This document shows positions 45,918 to 55,503 of a stretch of 64,000 nucleotides of DNA, piece by piece. This stretch comes from an uncultured Candidatus Saccharibacteria bacterium (GTDB taxonomy: Bacteria > Patescibacteriota > Minisyncoccia > Phycocordibacterales > UBA2100). The notes beneath the pieces are model-generated. The model did no database searches and was not told the DNA's origin. It was given only the letters and a program-made list of their open reading frames with translations. The number at the start of each line of letters is the position of its first letter. Within the stretch, counting starts at the first letter, position 1. The stretch lies in contig CAYWZA010000002.1 of NCBI GenBank assembly GCA_964462785.1, forward strand, positions 1,061 to 65,060. The letters are read 5' to 3'. The translations under genes were made by a program, and so were the position numbers.

Positions 45918-47021
45918 TCATGCCATGCGGGCGAGTTGTGAATTGGTGTATGTGGGATCGTCGGTGACTTCCCGAACAATGGGGATGAAGTCAGGTAAGA
46001 TGAGTGTGTCTTGCAGGTCAGTCAACTCCGCTTCAAGCAAGACGAGCCCTCCGCGCGGCTCCACAAAGACATCGAGCTCAAAGTACTGATTTTCCCACAC
46101 AAAAGCATAGCGCTTTTTTTCGATTGCGTACTTATGCAGATTTCGCTCACGAATGTACGACAAGTACTCGTGCTTGGAGATGGTGCGCTCCTCTTCGGTA
46201 CGAATACCCATACGAACGAAACGTTTTGTCGTGTGCGTGTATGTTATATGTCCTTCATGTGTGGTTGCGCGGACTCGAGATTCGGCGCCATCTGGCTTCA
46301 CGGCGAGATACGTTTGCGTAATGTGTAAGCACACCGAAGGGACAGGAAGTGATTCGAAGCGTGATGAGTCCACCAAAAATTTTCGTTCTATCTCCAGTGG
46401 CTCAGGTATACCGAGCGCGTGGGCGACACATTTTTTGACGCGCGAAAGCTTCTCCTCAAAATTCGCACAGCGTTCATTGCCGATGACCTGTAGATGAGGG
46501 TGGCCGAGCCATGCATGAAGCGTGCGCTCGTCTGCCGCGATAGCTTCCTCAGGTGTTTCCAGACGCGCTGCATTATTTGCGAGTGTGTAATGCTCAGGGG
46601 CGCCGATCGCGGACGTGCGCAAATGAATTACCGACTTATAGGATTGCATCATGGAGGATTCACTCCAGCCAAACTCTTTCAGAAGCTCAACGAATTCGTT
46701 CGGCTTAGTGTATGCCTTCGCGTCAAGCCGACCTCGATCGCATATCACGACCACCCTGCGTTCTCTTGGAAAGGAAAGAGCGATCTCATGGACATGTTTC
46801 TCGAGCTGTGCTTGCAGTGACAACACCGCGCGCTGGAAGTCTTTTGAGCGTACACCTTTATCTCTTGGGCTGAATCCGTTTTGCATGAGGAGTGTCGCTG
46901 TCTCAGGGATGGTGAGTGGGGTGTATCCACGCTCAACGAGCCACTGCGTTACGTGTGAAAGTGCAGTCGTTTTACCTGCGCACGGACCGCCGGTCAATAC
47001 AATAGTGGGGATGGCATGCAT
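45918..47021 (-). CDS. P-loop ATPase (AAA_28/NadR-like kinase fold) fused to a C-terminal CYTH domain
   Basis: The N-terminus reads IVLTGGPCAGKTTAL. The C-terminus EIERKFLV...Y.....E.R....Y.E..FE.D.F fits the EXEXK CYTH signature (CyaB/ThTPase family). Confidence 0.6.
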   Translation of the reverse strand: MHAIPTIVLTGGPCAGKTTALSHVTQWLVERGYTPLTIPETATLLMQNGFSPRDKGVRSKDFQRAVLSLQAQLEKHVHEIALSFPRERRVVVICDRGRLDAKAYTKPNEFVELLKEFGWSESSMMQSYKSVIHLRTSAIGAPEHYTLANNAARLETPEEAIAADERTLHAWLGHPHLQVIGNERCANFEEKLSRVKKCVAHALGIPEPLEIERKFLVDSSRFESLPVPSVCLHITQTYLAVKPDGAESRVRATTHEGHITYTHTTKRFVRMGIRTEEERTISKHEYLSYIRERNLHKYAIEKKRYAFVWENQYFELDVFVEPRGGLVLLEAELTDLQDTLILPDFIPIVREVTDDPTYTNSQLARMA

Positions 47022-47131
47022 AGCTTTCTCCTATGATCTGCACAAAGTATCTCTGTGTAGCGCCATGGGCACAAGTCAAGACGAGTTGCGTCTTTTTACA
47101 CACTCTGGTACAGTGCGACAACAACAAATAT

Positions 47132-47581
47132 ATGAAAGGAGTCGTTATTTCGCCAGTAAACATGAAAAACCGAGCCGAGCTCGGTATTCGTGCCGGAGAC
47201 ATGGTGCGCGTATCTCAGAAAATTCAAGAAAAGGGTAAGACCCGCCTGCAGGCATTTGAGGGATTGGTGCTCTCGGTGAAGCATGGCACGGAAGCAGGCG
47301 CCACATTCACAGTGCGCAAGGTGGCAAGCGGGGTGGGCGTCGAGCGCACGTTCCCGCTATATTCGCCGATGATCGATGCGATTGAAATCACGCGCCGCTC
47401 AAAAGTCCGCCGCGCAAAGCTCTATCACGTCCGCGAGCAGGTCGCCCGCGAAGCAAAGCGCACGCTCCGCCGTATGAGCATGGCCAGCATCTCAACTTCA
47501 AATGACGCGGGCGAGGTAGCAGCAGAAGCAGCGCCAGCCGGCGAAGATGTGGCAATTGGTACAGAAGAAAAAAAGGAGTAA
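47132..47581 (+). CDS. rplS: 50S ribosomal protein L19
   Basis: GDMVRVSQKIQEKGKTRLQAFEGLVL matches the L19 core. There is a Lys/Glu-rich C-terminal tail. Confidence 0.8.
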   Translation: MKGVVISPVNMKNRAELGIRAGDMVRVSQKIQEKGKTRLQAFEGLVLSVKHGTEAGATFTVRKVASGVGVERTFPLYSPMIDAIEITRRSKVRRAKLYHVREQVAREAKRTLRRMSMASISTSNDAGEVAAEAAPAGEDVAIGTEEKKE

Positions 47582-47617
47582 TAAAAGCTTCGGACATTTC
47601 AATTTTTTTACCCACAA

Positions 47618-48319
47618 TTGGTAGACGCTATTACCTTGAGGATATGCTACCATGTAGCGATGGGGAAGAGGGGACCAAAGCCGAAAGGCAAAGTAAAAAT
47701 TCGATGGTCGGCTGATTTTGCATACGCAATAGGGCTACTGGTGGCAGATGGGTGTTTATCTCCGAGTGGGAGGCATATCATTCTAGTTTCGAAAGACGAG
47801 GAGCAGCTACATAATTTTAAAAAAGCTTTGGCAATAGATGCACATATAACAAACTCATACCCACTCGCGACCAAAATACGTCGGATCCAGTTTGGGGATG
47901 TTCTGTTCTACCAGTTTTTACTAAGTATTGGGCTCATACCAAACAAATCGAAGGTTATCGGAAAGATACAGATTCCCAAAAAATACTTTTTCGATTTTCT
48001 TCGAGGATCCTTTGATGGTGATGGTTCTAGTTATTCATATTTTGACCCACGGTGGCAATCAAGTTTTATGTTTTACACCTGTTTTGTTTCTGCAAGCAAG
48101 ACGCATTTAGATTGGTTGCAGGAGGAAATCTTCAGCAGACTTGGAGTTAGTGGTCACATCACTCACACAAAAAGTAATACCTTCCACCAGTTAAAATATG
48201 CAAAAAAAGACTCACTTAAAGTATTGAGGAAAATGTACCACTCAAATAAAGTCACATGCCTTTCTCGCAAACGATTGAAAATTGATAAGATGTTAGATAT
48301 AGTTGGTGAACGTCTGTAG
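47618..48319 (+). CDS. LAGLIDADG-family homing endonuclease (double-motif, free-standing)
   Basis: Two LAGLIDADG-like motifs are present: AIGLLVADGCLS and FLRGSFDGDGSS. Local GC is lower than the surroundings. Confidence 0.7.
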   Translation: MVDAITLRICYHVAMGKRGPKPKGKVKIRWSADFAYAIGLLVADGCLSPSGRHIILVSKDEEQLHNFKKALAIDAHITNSYPLATKIRRIQFGDVLFYQFLLSIGLIPNKSKVIGKIQIPKKYFFDFLRGSFDGDGSSYSYFDPRWQSSFMFYTCFVSASKTHLDWLQEEIFSRLGVSGHITHTKSNTFHQLKYAKKDSLKVLRKMYHSNKVTCLSRKRLKIDKMLDIVGERL

Positions 48320-48343
48320 CATTGGAAGCTATCGACAAAGAAA

Positions 48344-48429
48344 GCCCGGGTGGCGAAACTGGCTAGACGTACCACCTTGAGGTGGTGGCGCCCGTTAAGG
48401 GCATGGAGGTTCGAGTCCTCTCCCGGGCA
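48344..48429 (+). tRNA. tRNA-Leu (anticodon GAG), type II
   Basis: The acceptor GCCCGGG pairs with CCCGGGC. The anticodon stem-loop is CCACC TTGAGGT GGTGG. There is a long variable arm, and the T-arm is GGAGGTTCGAGTCCTCT. Confidence 0.75.
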
Positions 48430-48483
48430 CAAAAAACAAAGACGTGGAATGCGAAGCATTCCACGTCTTTGTTTTTTGTGCCC
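48430..48483 (+). terminator. Hairpin terminator after tRNA-Leu
   Basis: The stem caaaaaacaaagacgtggaatgc has loop gaag and return strand gcattccacgtctttgttttttg. Confidence 0.7.
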
Positions 48484-48528
48484 TGTATATATATGTGATA
48501 AAATAATCGCATTAATATTTATTTACAT

Positions 48529-48813
48529 ATGTTAGAAAAACCAAGTCAAGGAGTTGTCGCCAACGAGCCAGTTCCAGGACAAGAGAAATTTAACAGCATC
48601 GAAGGGAGCATGCTGGAGCAGGATATTTATACGAAAACATTGCAGTCAATCAAGGATTTGACCAGTGTAAGCCGGCAACTCGAAATGGAAATTGATAAGA
48701 GTAATAATCGTAATCAAACGATCACTTCTGATGAAGTGAATAGGCTCAAGGAATATAAAAGACGAGTACTCGGTTTTTATCTGGATCTACTAAAGGCAGA
48801 GGGTCATTACTGA
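48529..48813 (+). CDS. Hypothetical coiled-coil protein (94 aa), AT-rich
   Basis: The ORF lies in a low-GC islet next to the homing endonuclease and tRNA-Leu. No family was recognised. Confidence 0.35.
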   Translation: MLEKPSQGVVANEPVPGQEKFNSIEGSMLEQDIYTKTLQSIKDLTSVSRQLEMEIDKSNNRNQTITSDEVNRLKEYKRRVLGFYLDLLKAEGHY

Positions 48814-48839
48814 TATAAAAACCCCGCACGTATGCGGGG

Positions 48840-49487
48840 TTAATGGTGGTGCTCATGCGGCGTCTTTCCAAACACCTTTTTGAGCAGCGAAAGAACATAG
48901 AGGAACAGCAAGCCGACGATGATGCACGAAACAACTGTGTCCCATAGCGAGTTTCCGGTGCTTGCGACCAAGATGCCGCCGCTCACAACTGCAATGCTCG
49001 ACGCAAGATCGGCAACAGCATGTCCGCGCGCACCTTGTGCAGTGAGGTCGGTAAGTTCACCGAGCAGCCATAACTGCAGCACATTACCAAAGCAGCCGAT
49101 ACTTGCAGTGACCATAAGCGGCAGCGATGCCACTTGCGGCGGGTTGAGTGCGCGCTCGTATGCTTCGATAGCAATCCAAACGGTCGCTAGCGTAATGAGT
49201 ATCATCTGGATCACAAAACCGCCCTTTTCCACGCGATGATGTTCCTGCGCGGGTCGATAATGTGCATGGATGCTAATACTGAGTGCAAACGCAAATCCTA
49301 CAGCATCACCAATCACATGACCGGTGTCACCCAAGAGCGCAAGGCTGTTTGAATGATGCCAGCCAAATGTCTGCACGACGGCAATGATAATCGCGATGAG
49401 CAGTGCGAGGGTATATGTGTTTGGTTTGCACCAGCACGGCCCTGCGCGCGAGCAGTATGAGAAGTGGTAGTTTCCATGTTCATGCAC
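48840..49487 (-). CDS. Cation diffusion facilitator (CDF) family transporter, membrane domain only
   Basis: The motif HSNSLALLGDTGHVIGD is on TM2, with six predicted TM helices and His-rich termini. At 215 aa it lacks the usual cytoplasmic C-terminal domain. Confidence 0.6.
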   Translation of the reverse strand: MHEHGNYHFSYCSRAGPCWCKPNTYTLALLIAIIIAVVQTFGWHHSNSLALLGDTGHVIGDAVGFAFALSISIHAHYRPAQEHHRVEKGGFVIQMILITLATVWIAIEAYERALNPPQVASLPLMVTASIGCFGNVLQLWLLGELTDLTAQGARGHAVADLASSIAVVSGGILVASTGNSLWDTVVSCIIVGLLFLYVLSLLKKVFGKTPHEHHH

Positions 49488-49556
49488 GGTTCATACTCCT
49501 GTTATCCACCTTCACTCAAGCACGGAAGGCGTATCGCAACAAGATATAATAATCAC

Positions 49557-50111
49557 ATGGCGCTGTTTACGCGGAAGGGTGATGGCGGTACGACCGGATT
49601 ATTTGGCTGCAATCAGAAGATGTCGAAAAGCTCGGCGATTGCCGAGGCGCTTGGCTCGCTCGATGAATGTAATTCATTTCTGGGATTGTGTAAGGCTCGT
49701 GCAAAGCAAGAATCATTCACGAGAGGGGAACGGGCAGTCGCTGATATCGTGCATGATGTGCAAAATCATCTCTTCACGTTGCAGGCTGAAGTCGCCGGTG
49801 CTGATAAACACATTCCAACGGAAAGTGTCATTGCAGTGGAAGAGATGATCAATGCGATAGAAAAAGAATTGCCGCCGATCAAGAGTTTTTTAATTTCAGG
49901 AGCGACAGAGCTTTCAGCGTGGTTTGATGTCGCGCGCACGCTCGCACGCCGCGCCGAGCGCCGCGTTGTCGCAGTACACGAAGAAGGGAAGCGGCCAATT
50001 AATGAGCACACGCGCAGCTACCTCAATCGTCTTTCATCGCTCCTCTACGCGCTCGCGCGCTTGGCGAATCAGCGTGCAGGCATCTCGGAAACGTCGCCAG
50101 AGTATAAGTAG
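49557..50111 (+). CDS. ATP:cob(I)alamin adenosyltransferase, PduO type
   Basis: MALFTRKGDGGTTGLFGCNQKMSKSSAIAEALGSLDECNSFLGL matches the PduO-type N-terminus. Confidence 0.75.
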   Translation: MALFTRKGDGGTTGLFGCNQKMSKSSAIAEALGSLDECNSFLGLCKARAKQESFTRGERAVADIVHDVQNHLFTLQAEVAGADKHIPTESVIAVEEMINAIEKELPPIKSFLISGATELSAWFDVARTLARRAERRVVAVHEEGKRPINEHTRSYLNRLSSLLYALARLANQRAGISETSPEYK

Positions 50112-50164
50112 CCTCGCCAAAGCGCCATAATCTGGTATAACATCAAGGTTGTAAGAGACCGTAT

Positions 50165-50237
50165 GGTGCCTATGGTGTAGCGGTTAACACTGGAGCTTGT
50201 GGAGCTCTCAACTCGGGTTCGAGTCCCGATAGGCACC
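50165..50237 (+). tRNA. tRNA-His (anticodon GTG) with the extra 5' G(-1)
   Basis: G(-1) precedes GTGCCTA, which pairs with TAGGCAC. The anticodon stem-loop is GGAGC TTGTGGA GCTCT. The T-arm is CGGGTTCGAGTCCCG. Confidence 0.75.
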
Positions 50238-50303
50238 CAAAATCAAGAAGCCCGAAGCGATAGCTTTGTTATCCACGTCGCATCAGAAAACGATCTTGCA
50301 AGG

Positions 50304-50714
50304 ATGTATACTAGTATGTATATGGACACATCCGTATACATTGCGCAACTAGTTGGTCCGGTGTTGCTCACGGTGGGTATTGCCATGTTTATTCGCCCAC
50401 AGGCAGTTCCGAATATGATTCAGACACTTGTCGCGGGACAAGGGGAGTTGCTCACATTTTTCCTTGGCATGTGCGCGATGCTCGCGGGTATTGCGATTGT
50501 GCTTTCGCACAATATATGGGAGGCGAGCTGGCGGGGAATTATAACCATCTTGGGATGGGGGATGATCATTAAAGGCATTGTTCGCATTCTGGTTCCCGAG
50601 TGGGCGCTGCGCACAAGTGGCATGGTCTCGAGCAACACGTTCATCATGAAGTGCACTGCGTTCGTGCTCTTTTTGATCGGGCTCTATCTCTCATATCGCG
50701 GTTTTGTGGTGTAA
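50304..50714 (+). CDS. Hypothetical small integral membrane protein (about 136 aa)
   Basis: Four predicted TM helices. The start is the MYTSMYMD Met downstream of tRNA-His. The track ORF from 50199 overlaps the tRNA. Confidence 0.4.
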   Translation: MYTSMYMDTSVYIAQLVGPVLLTVGIAMFIRPQAVPNMIQTLVAGQGELLTFFLGMCAMLAGIAIVLSHNIWEASWRGIITILGWGMIIKGIVRILVPEWALRTSGMVSSNTFIMKCTAFVLFLIGLYLSYRGFVV

Positions 50715-50770
50715 GAAAGTGAGGATGCCCACGTCTTTATTCATACGCATTTAATAATTAGTTTTTCAGT

Positions 50771-51598
50771 ATGGACATACAAAAACACGAACTGCATCTC
50801 GTTCCGCCGGACATGATCATGAAAGCTGCTACTATTGCGCTCGCAGCGCTTGCTATTTGGGGGGCGGCGAGTGCATTCAAGACGTTTAAGGAATTTAAAT
50901 TTGTCGGCTCGGGAACCACCGCCACTAACACCATCACCGTCTCGGGCGAGGGAGAGGTGTTTGCGGTGCCGGATCTCGCGACATTTTCAGTGACAGTCAC
51001 TGAAGAGGCGAAAGAGGTGAAAGACGCACAGAAGGTGGCGACGAAGAAAATCAACGACATCATTGCGTATCTCAAAGCACAAGGTATCGAAGAGAAAGAC
51101 ATAAAGACCACCTCATACAATGTGTATCCAAAATACGAATGGGTTGAGACGCAGGTAGAATGCATCCGCTATCCATGTCCGCCACATGGCGAACAGCAAA
51201 TGACTGGGTTTGAAGTCTCGCAATCAGTGGAGGTGAAAGTGCGCGATACAGAAAAAGCGGGCGATATCCTCTCGGGGGTGGGCAATCTTGGAGTAAACAC
51301 CGTGAGTGGTCTATCGTTCACCATCGATGAAGAAGATAAACTTAACGCTGAGGCGCGTGCGGAAGCAATTGATGATGCGCGCGGCAAGGCAGAAGAGCTT
51401 GCGGCGCAACTCGGTGTTTCGCTCGTGCGAATCGTTGGCTTCAACGAAAACGGGGGTGGATATCCTATGTACGCCAAGCGCGAAATGGCAGTAATGGCTA
51501 TGGATGCGGGTGGGTTTGGGGGCGCCCCTGCTCCAGAGCTGCCGGTAGGAGAAAACAAAATTGTCTCAAACGTGAGCGTTACCTACGAAATTCGGTAA
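50771..51598 (+). CDS. SIMPL-domain protein (DUF541, 26-kDa periplasmic immunogenic protein family)
   Basis: There is an N-terminal TM helix. ITVSGEGEVFAVPDLATFSVTV and the C-terminal VSNVSVTYEI fit the SIMPL domain pattern. Confidence 0.65.
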   Translation: MDIQKHELHLVPPDMIMKAATIALAALAIWGAASAFKTFKEFKFVGSGTTATNTITVSGEGEVFAVPDLATFSVTVTEEAKEVKDAQKVATKKINDIIAYLKAQGIEEKDIKTTSYNVYPKYEWVETQVECIRYPCPPHGEQQMTGFEVSQSVEVKVRDTEKAGDILSGVGNLGVNTVSGLSFTIDEEDKLNAEARAEAIDDARGKAEELAAQLGVSLVRIVGFNENGGGYPMYAKREMAVMAMDAGGFGGAPAPELPVGENKIVSNVSVTYEIR

Positions 51599-51624
51599 AA
51601 CCCTTAAAAGGTGGCATGAAACAA

Positions 51625-51652
51625 GCACGCCGCCCCTTCGGGGCGGCGTGCT
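51625..51652 (+). terminator. Rho-independent terminator overlapping the -35 box of the secE promoter
   Basis: The stem gcacgccgcccc, loop ttcg and return strand ggggcggcgtgc are followed by ttgact. Confidence 0.7.
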
Positions 51653-51679
51653 TGACTTTGAGTGCTGTGGGAGTATAAT
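51652..51679 (+). promoter_or_regulatory. Sigma70 promoter for secE-nusG-rplK (TTGACT, 16-bp spacer, TATAAT)
   Basis: The promoter reads cttgactttgagtgctgtgggagtataatt. Confidence 0.65.
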
Positions 51680-51740
51680 TACCTTTACGTGAGCGCCCGA
51701 AAGGGCGTTTTAAAATGGGGAAATATAGAAATAATTTTTT

Positions 51741-52061
51741 ATGTCATTCAATCAATACCTTAAAGACACGCGTGTTGAGCTCAAACACGTCGCATGGCCG
51801 ACGCAGCTGCAAACGCTTGTATACACGACGCTCGTGATTGGTATTTCAATTGCCATCGGGCTCTACATCGGCTTTTTCGACTTCTTCTTCACACGCGGGC
51901 TGGAAGAGTTCCTTCACCGCATGGGTGCCACCACTGCACCGATTGAGATCAATCAGCAGCCGGTTGATACAAACACCCCCGTGAATTTTGATGTGCTCCC
52001 TGGTGGTGCAAAAGACAGCGTGGCACCGATTACCAACGAAGCGGCTCCAAAGGCAAACTAA
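51741..52061 (+). CDS. secE: Preprotein translocase subunit SecE
   Basis: A single C-terminal TM helix (LVYTTLVIGISIAIGLYIGFFDFFF) sits upstream of nusG with a 2-nt gap, in the conserved secE-nusG-rplK order. Confidence 0.75.
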   Translation: MSFNQYLKDTRVELKHVAWPTQLQTLVYTTLVIGISIAIGLYIGFFDFFFTRGLEEFLHRMGATTAPIEINQQPVDTNTPVNFDVLPGGAKDSVAPITNEAAPKAN

Positions 52062-52063
52062 GT

Positions 52064-52609
52064 ATGGCAAAACAAGTACACAGTGCGCAGCGCGGATGGT
52101 ATGCGGTGCATACGTATTCAGGCTACGAAGACGCCGTGGCGCGCAATTTGCGCCAGCGTGTTGATTCGTTCGGCATGAAAGAGAAAATTTTTGACGTGGT
52201 TGTTCCCGCAGAGAAGAAAATTAAAGTAAAGGGCGGACGCAAGACGGAGGTGCGTGAAAAAATCCTCTCCGGGTATGTGCTTGTTGATATGATTCCAACT
52301 GACGATGCGTGGAGCGTGGTGCGCAACACACCGCAGGTAACGGGTTTTGTGGGCACGGCAAATCAGGCTGTGCCGCTTACAAAAGCTGAGGTGGATGGCA
52401 TCTTCTCGCAAATGAATGAAGGTGAGCCGAAACATACTATCGACCTCTCGACTGACGATGCCGTGCTCATCATCGACGGTCCGTTCAAGGATCTCGAGGG
52501 CAAGGTGGGGGAAATTGACGAAGCGCGTGGAAAGGTTAAAGTCATGGTGCCGATGTTTGGTCGCGAAACGCCGGTGGAGCTTGAGGCGGATCAGGTGCAG
52601 AGAATATAA
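52064..52609 (+). CDS. nusG: Transcription termination/antitermination factor NusG
   Basis: [14 protein letters not shown] marks the NGN domain. The C-terminal KOW region reads [24 protein letters not shown]. Confidence 0.85.
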   Translation: MAKQVHSAQRGWYAVHTYSGYEDAVARNLRQRVDSFGMKEKIFDVVVPAEKKIKVKGGRKTEVREKILSGYVLVDMIPTDDAWSVVRNTPQVTGFVGTANQAVPLTKAEVDGIFSQMNEGEPKHTIDLSTDDAVLIIDGPFKDLEGKVGEIDEARGKVKVMVPMFGRETPVELEADQVQRI

Positions 52610-52620
52610 TCAAAAAATCT

Positions 52621-53043
52621 ATGGCAAAGAAAATAACAAAAATGGTGAAGATACAGCTGCCGGCAGGGAAGGCAACTCCTGCGCCGCCCGTGGGTACGGC
52701 GCTTGGTCCGACCGGTATCAATATCGGTGAATTTGTGAACCAATTTAACACCAAGACCCGCGATCAGATGGGTTCTATTATTCCTGCAATCATCACGATT
52801 TTCGAAGATCGAAGCTTCACGTTTATCATGAAGAAGCCGCCAGCTTCCCAGCTGTTGCTCAAAGCAGCCGGCAAGGAAAAGGGCTCGGGCAAGGTACCGA
52901 CGGAGAAGGCGGGGAAAATCACCAAAGCTCAGCTCGCAGAAATTGCGGCGCACAAAATGGAAGATTTGAATGCAAACTCACAAGCCGCAGCCGAGCGCAT
53001 CATTGCAGGGACAGCGCGGAGTATGGGGATCGATGTGGCATAA
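52621..53043 (+). CDS. rplK: 50S ribosomal protein L11
   Basis: [35 protein letters not shown] is the canonical L11 N-terminus. Confidence 0.9.
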   Translation: MAKKITKMVKIQLPAGKATPAPPVGTALGPTGINIGEFVNQFNTKTRDQMGSIIPAIITIFEDRSFTFIMKKPPASQLLLKAAGKEKGSGKVPTEKAGKITKAQLAEIAAHKMEDLNANSQAAAERIIAGTARSMGIDVA

Positions 53044-53048
53044 GCGGC

Positions 53049-53175
53049 GCGGGCAAGTTTGAGGTCTTCGCTCGCACCACACTCGGGGTAGCTTAAACGT
53101 ATATCACCACTGCGCTGTTTCAGCACGCATGATAGCGCGCTGCGCGATGCTCTCGAAGACCTCAAACTTGCCCGC
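53049..53175. repeat. Hairpin-enclosed intergenic element, copy B: a perfect 22-bp inverted repeat flanking an 83-nt interior with the conserved core
   Basis: gcgggcaagtttgaggtcttcg (53049-53070) is the exact reverse complement of 53154-53175. The interior contains atcaccactgcg, then 22 nt, then gcgctgcgcgatgctc, as in 10299-10431. Confidence 0.7.
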
Positions 53176-53261
53176 ACTCCCGTCAAAACGATTCGACCTC
53201 GCTGCGTAGCGAATTTTTTGTTTTCATGAGAATATGCTCCAAGAAAAAAGGAGCGAAGGCA

Positions 53262-54158
53262 ATGAAGCAGTATCTCGATTTGCTACGACATGTGCGCACG
53301 AATGGCGTGCGCAAGGAAGATCGCACTGGCACCGGGACGCTTTCGGTGTTTGGGTACCAGATGCGTTTTGATCTCAATGAAGGATTTCCGCTGGTCACCA
53401 CCAAACGCGTGAACATGAAAGCAGTTATTCACGAGCTTTTGTGGTTCTTGAAGGGCGATACCAACATCAAATATCTCAACGACAAGGGTGTTCGTATTTG
53501 GGATGAATGGGCGGACGAACAGGGTCGGCTAGGACCGGTGTATGGCAAGCAGTGGCGGTCATGGTCATCATTTGAGTATGAAGGCGGATATTCTGTCGGA
53601 TATGAATGGATCGATAAGGAATATCACGAGAAAACGATCGATCAGATTACGAACGTGATCAATAGCATCAATAAAAAGCCACACTCACGTCGCCATATTG
53701 TGACTGCCTGGAATCCGGCAGACTTGCCCGACGAATCAATTGATCCGCAAGCGAATGTTAGACGCGGCAAAATGGCACTCGCGCCATGTCACTGCCTCTT
53801 CCAATTCTACGTGGTGGACGGTAAGTTGAGTTGCCAGCTCTATCAGCGTTCGGCGGACGTGTTCCTCGGCGTACCGTTCAATATTGCGAGCTACGCACTG
53901 CTCACCATGATGATCGCCGATCTGTGCAAGTTGCAATTGGGCGAATTCATTCACACGTTTGGTGATGTACATCTGTATCTCAATCATCTCGATCAGGCGG
54001 ATACACAGCTTGCGCGAGCTCCGCGCTCGCTACCGCGGATGTTGATCAATAGTGATACCAACGAAGATGTCTACGATATCGATGTTTTTGTGTTCGAAGA
54101 CTTTAAGTTGGTCGACTATAATCCTCTCCCCGCAATTCAAGCACTCATTTCGAAATAG
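53262..54158 (+). CDS. thyA: Thymidylate synthase ThyA (with an internal insertion relative to the 264-aa form)
   Basis: [38 protein letters not shown] is the N-terminus. The catalytic region is [12 protein letters not shown] and the C-terminus is [15 protein letters not shown]. Confidence 0.85.
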   Translation: MKQYLDLLRHVRTNGVRKEDRTGTGTLSVFGYQMRFDLNEGFPLVTTKRVNMKAVIHELLWFLKGDTNIKYLNDKGVRIWDEWADEQGRLGPVYGKQWRSWSSFEYEGGYSVGYEWIDKEYHEKTIDQITNVINSINKKPHSRRHIVTAWNPADLPDESIDPQANVRRGKMALAPCHCLFQFYVVDGKLSCQLYQRSADVFLGVPFNIASYALLTMMIADLCKLQLGEFIHTFGDVHLYLNHLDQADTQLARAPRSLPRMLINSDTNEDVYDIDVFVFEDFKLVDYNPLPAIQALISK

Positions 54159-54229
54159 GTATATCAAGGTCCAAACCTTGCTATGTAAAAAGACCGGAGC
54201 ATTGCTCCGGTCTTTCATTGTTTCTAACA

Positions 54230-54730
54230 TCAAAAATGTCGTACCCACATTTCGCATGCGGTGTCGTGTTCATCGCCGGCGAAGCGCTTGCGTTCTGGCG
54301 TACTCTCGAGGCACCAATCGTGGTCGAGCTCGGGGAAGAACGTGTCTCCTTCGGGCTCTGCATAGACGCGCGTAATGACTGCGCGGTAGGCATAGGGCAT
54401 GGCTTCTTTGTAGAGCCAACCACCTCCCGCTACAATGAGATCCATTGATAAGCGCGGCATCACCATCGCTTCTTTCAGTGAATGTGCGACGCGTGCGTTG
54501 GGAATGGTGAGTTCGGTGTTGCGTGAAATGACGATGACATCACGCCCGGGCAGCTTTTTAGGCGGTAAACTTTCATACGTGTAGCGTCCCATCGCAACCG
54601 TACGCTGCATCGTGAGATTGCGAAAGCGCCGCAGGTCATGGGGTAAATGCCAGGGTAACGCTCTGTCGCATCCAATCACGCCGTTTTGCGCCACTGCTGC
54701 AAGCAGCAAGCATCGCTTTCCACTCCACAT
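54230..54730 (-). CDS. folA: Dihydrofolate reductase
   Basis: LLAAVAQNGVIGCDRALPWHLPHDLRRFRNLT followed by VAMGRYTYESL is the DHFR fold. The gene is convergent with thyA. Confidence 0.8.
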   Translation of the reverse strand: MWSGKRCLLLAAVAQNGVIGCDRALPWHLPHDLRRFRNLTMQRTVAMGRYTYESLPPKKLPGRDVIVISRNTELTIPNARVAHSLKEAMVMPRLSMDLIVAGGGWLYKEAMPYAYRAVITRVYAEPEGDTFFPELDHDWCLESTPERKRFAGDEHDTACEMWVRHF

Positions 54731-54816
54731 GTGTATTCACACCCTCTTTGTATACTGATTCAAGTCTTGCAAGACTATAGACTGCAAGATTGCGAGACAC
54801 AAGGTGAGACAGTTTC

Positions 54817-55503
54817 TTAACGCTTTTGTTTATTACGCTCGTGGTCGAGGTAGAGCCGCGGCAGCATGTCCGTGGGCTTCCAGTGTTTTTTTAGATCAGT
54901 AATATGTTTCGCGCTCTGATATTTTCCGTTTGCAGCGTAATCTTTTTTGAGGATCTCACCGGTTTCAAAGAATACTATTTGTGCAATGCGTGACCCCACG
55001 ACAAGCGGCACATGGTAATGCGTCGAATGATTGGTGATCTCCATGGTCCAGCGATTGACGTATCCCACGTCGCCCCAGCCGGCGCATTTACACACAGCGA
55101 TAAAGCTGCGCCCTAAAGATGAGCGCGCCTTCATCATTGTCGTGATATGGTTGCGCCCGCCGATGAATTCGTTGGTGTGAGCAAGAATGGTTTCACCCGG
55201 GCCAATCATGATAACGCGATCGTTTGGGCGGATGTTTGCAATGTTTTTGTGATACGGCTTAAAAATCTCTTGTGCGGTTTTTGCTCGCTCAGCTTTCGTG
55301 CCCCAGACACGCTCCATGTGTTCGCGATCATAAATATTGTACACATTCTCTAACAACGCAGGCGCTTTCTCTCGAAAGTAATACTCACCGAGGGTTACAT
55401 CATGGCTTGAGGTGGATAAATTCTTACGGACAAACGGCTCGATGACAACATCTCCCGTTTTCATCGCTGTCAGAATTCGTTTGTCGCTTAGTGCCATATT
55501 CAT
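54817..55503 (-). CDS. dCTP deaminase family protein (dUTPase superfamily)
   Basis: IMIGPGETILAHTNEFIG and CAGWGDVGYVNRWTMEITN resemble the Dcd trimeric dUTPase-fold motifs. Confidence 0.55.
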   Translation of the reverse strand: MNMALSDKRILTAMKTGDVVIEPFVRKNLSTSSHDVTLGEYYFREKAPALLENVYNIYDREHMERVWGTKAERAKTAQEIFKPYHKNIANIRPNDRVIMIGPGETILAHTNEFIGGRNHITTMMKARSSLGRSFIAVCKCAGWGDVGYVNRWTMEITNHSTHYHVPLVVGSRIAQIVFFETGEILKKDYAANGKYQSAKHITDLKKHWKPTDMLPRLYLDHERNKQKR

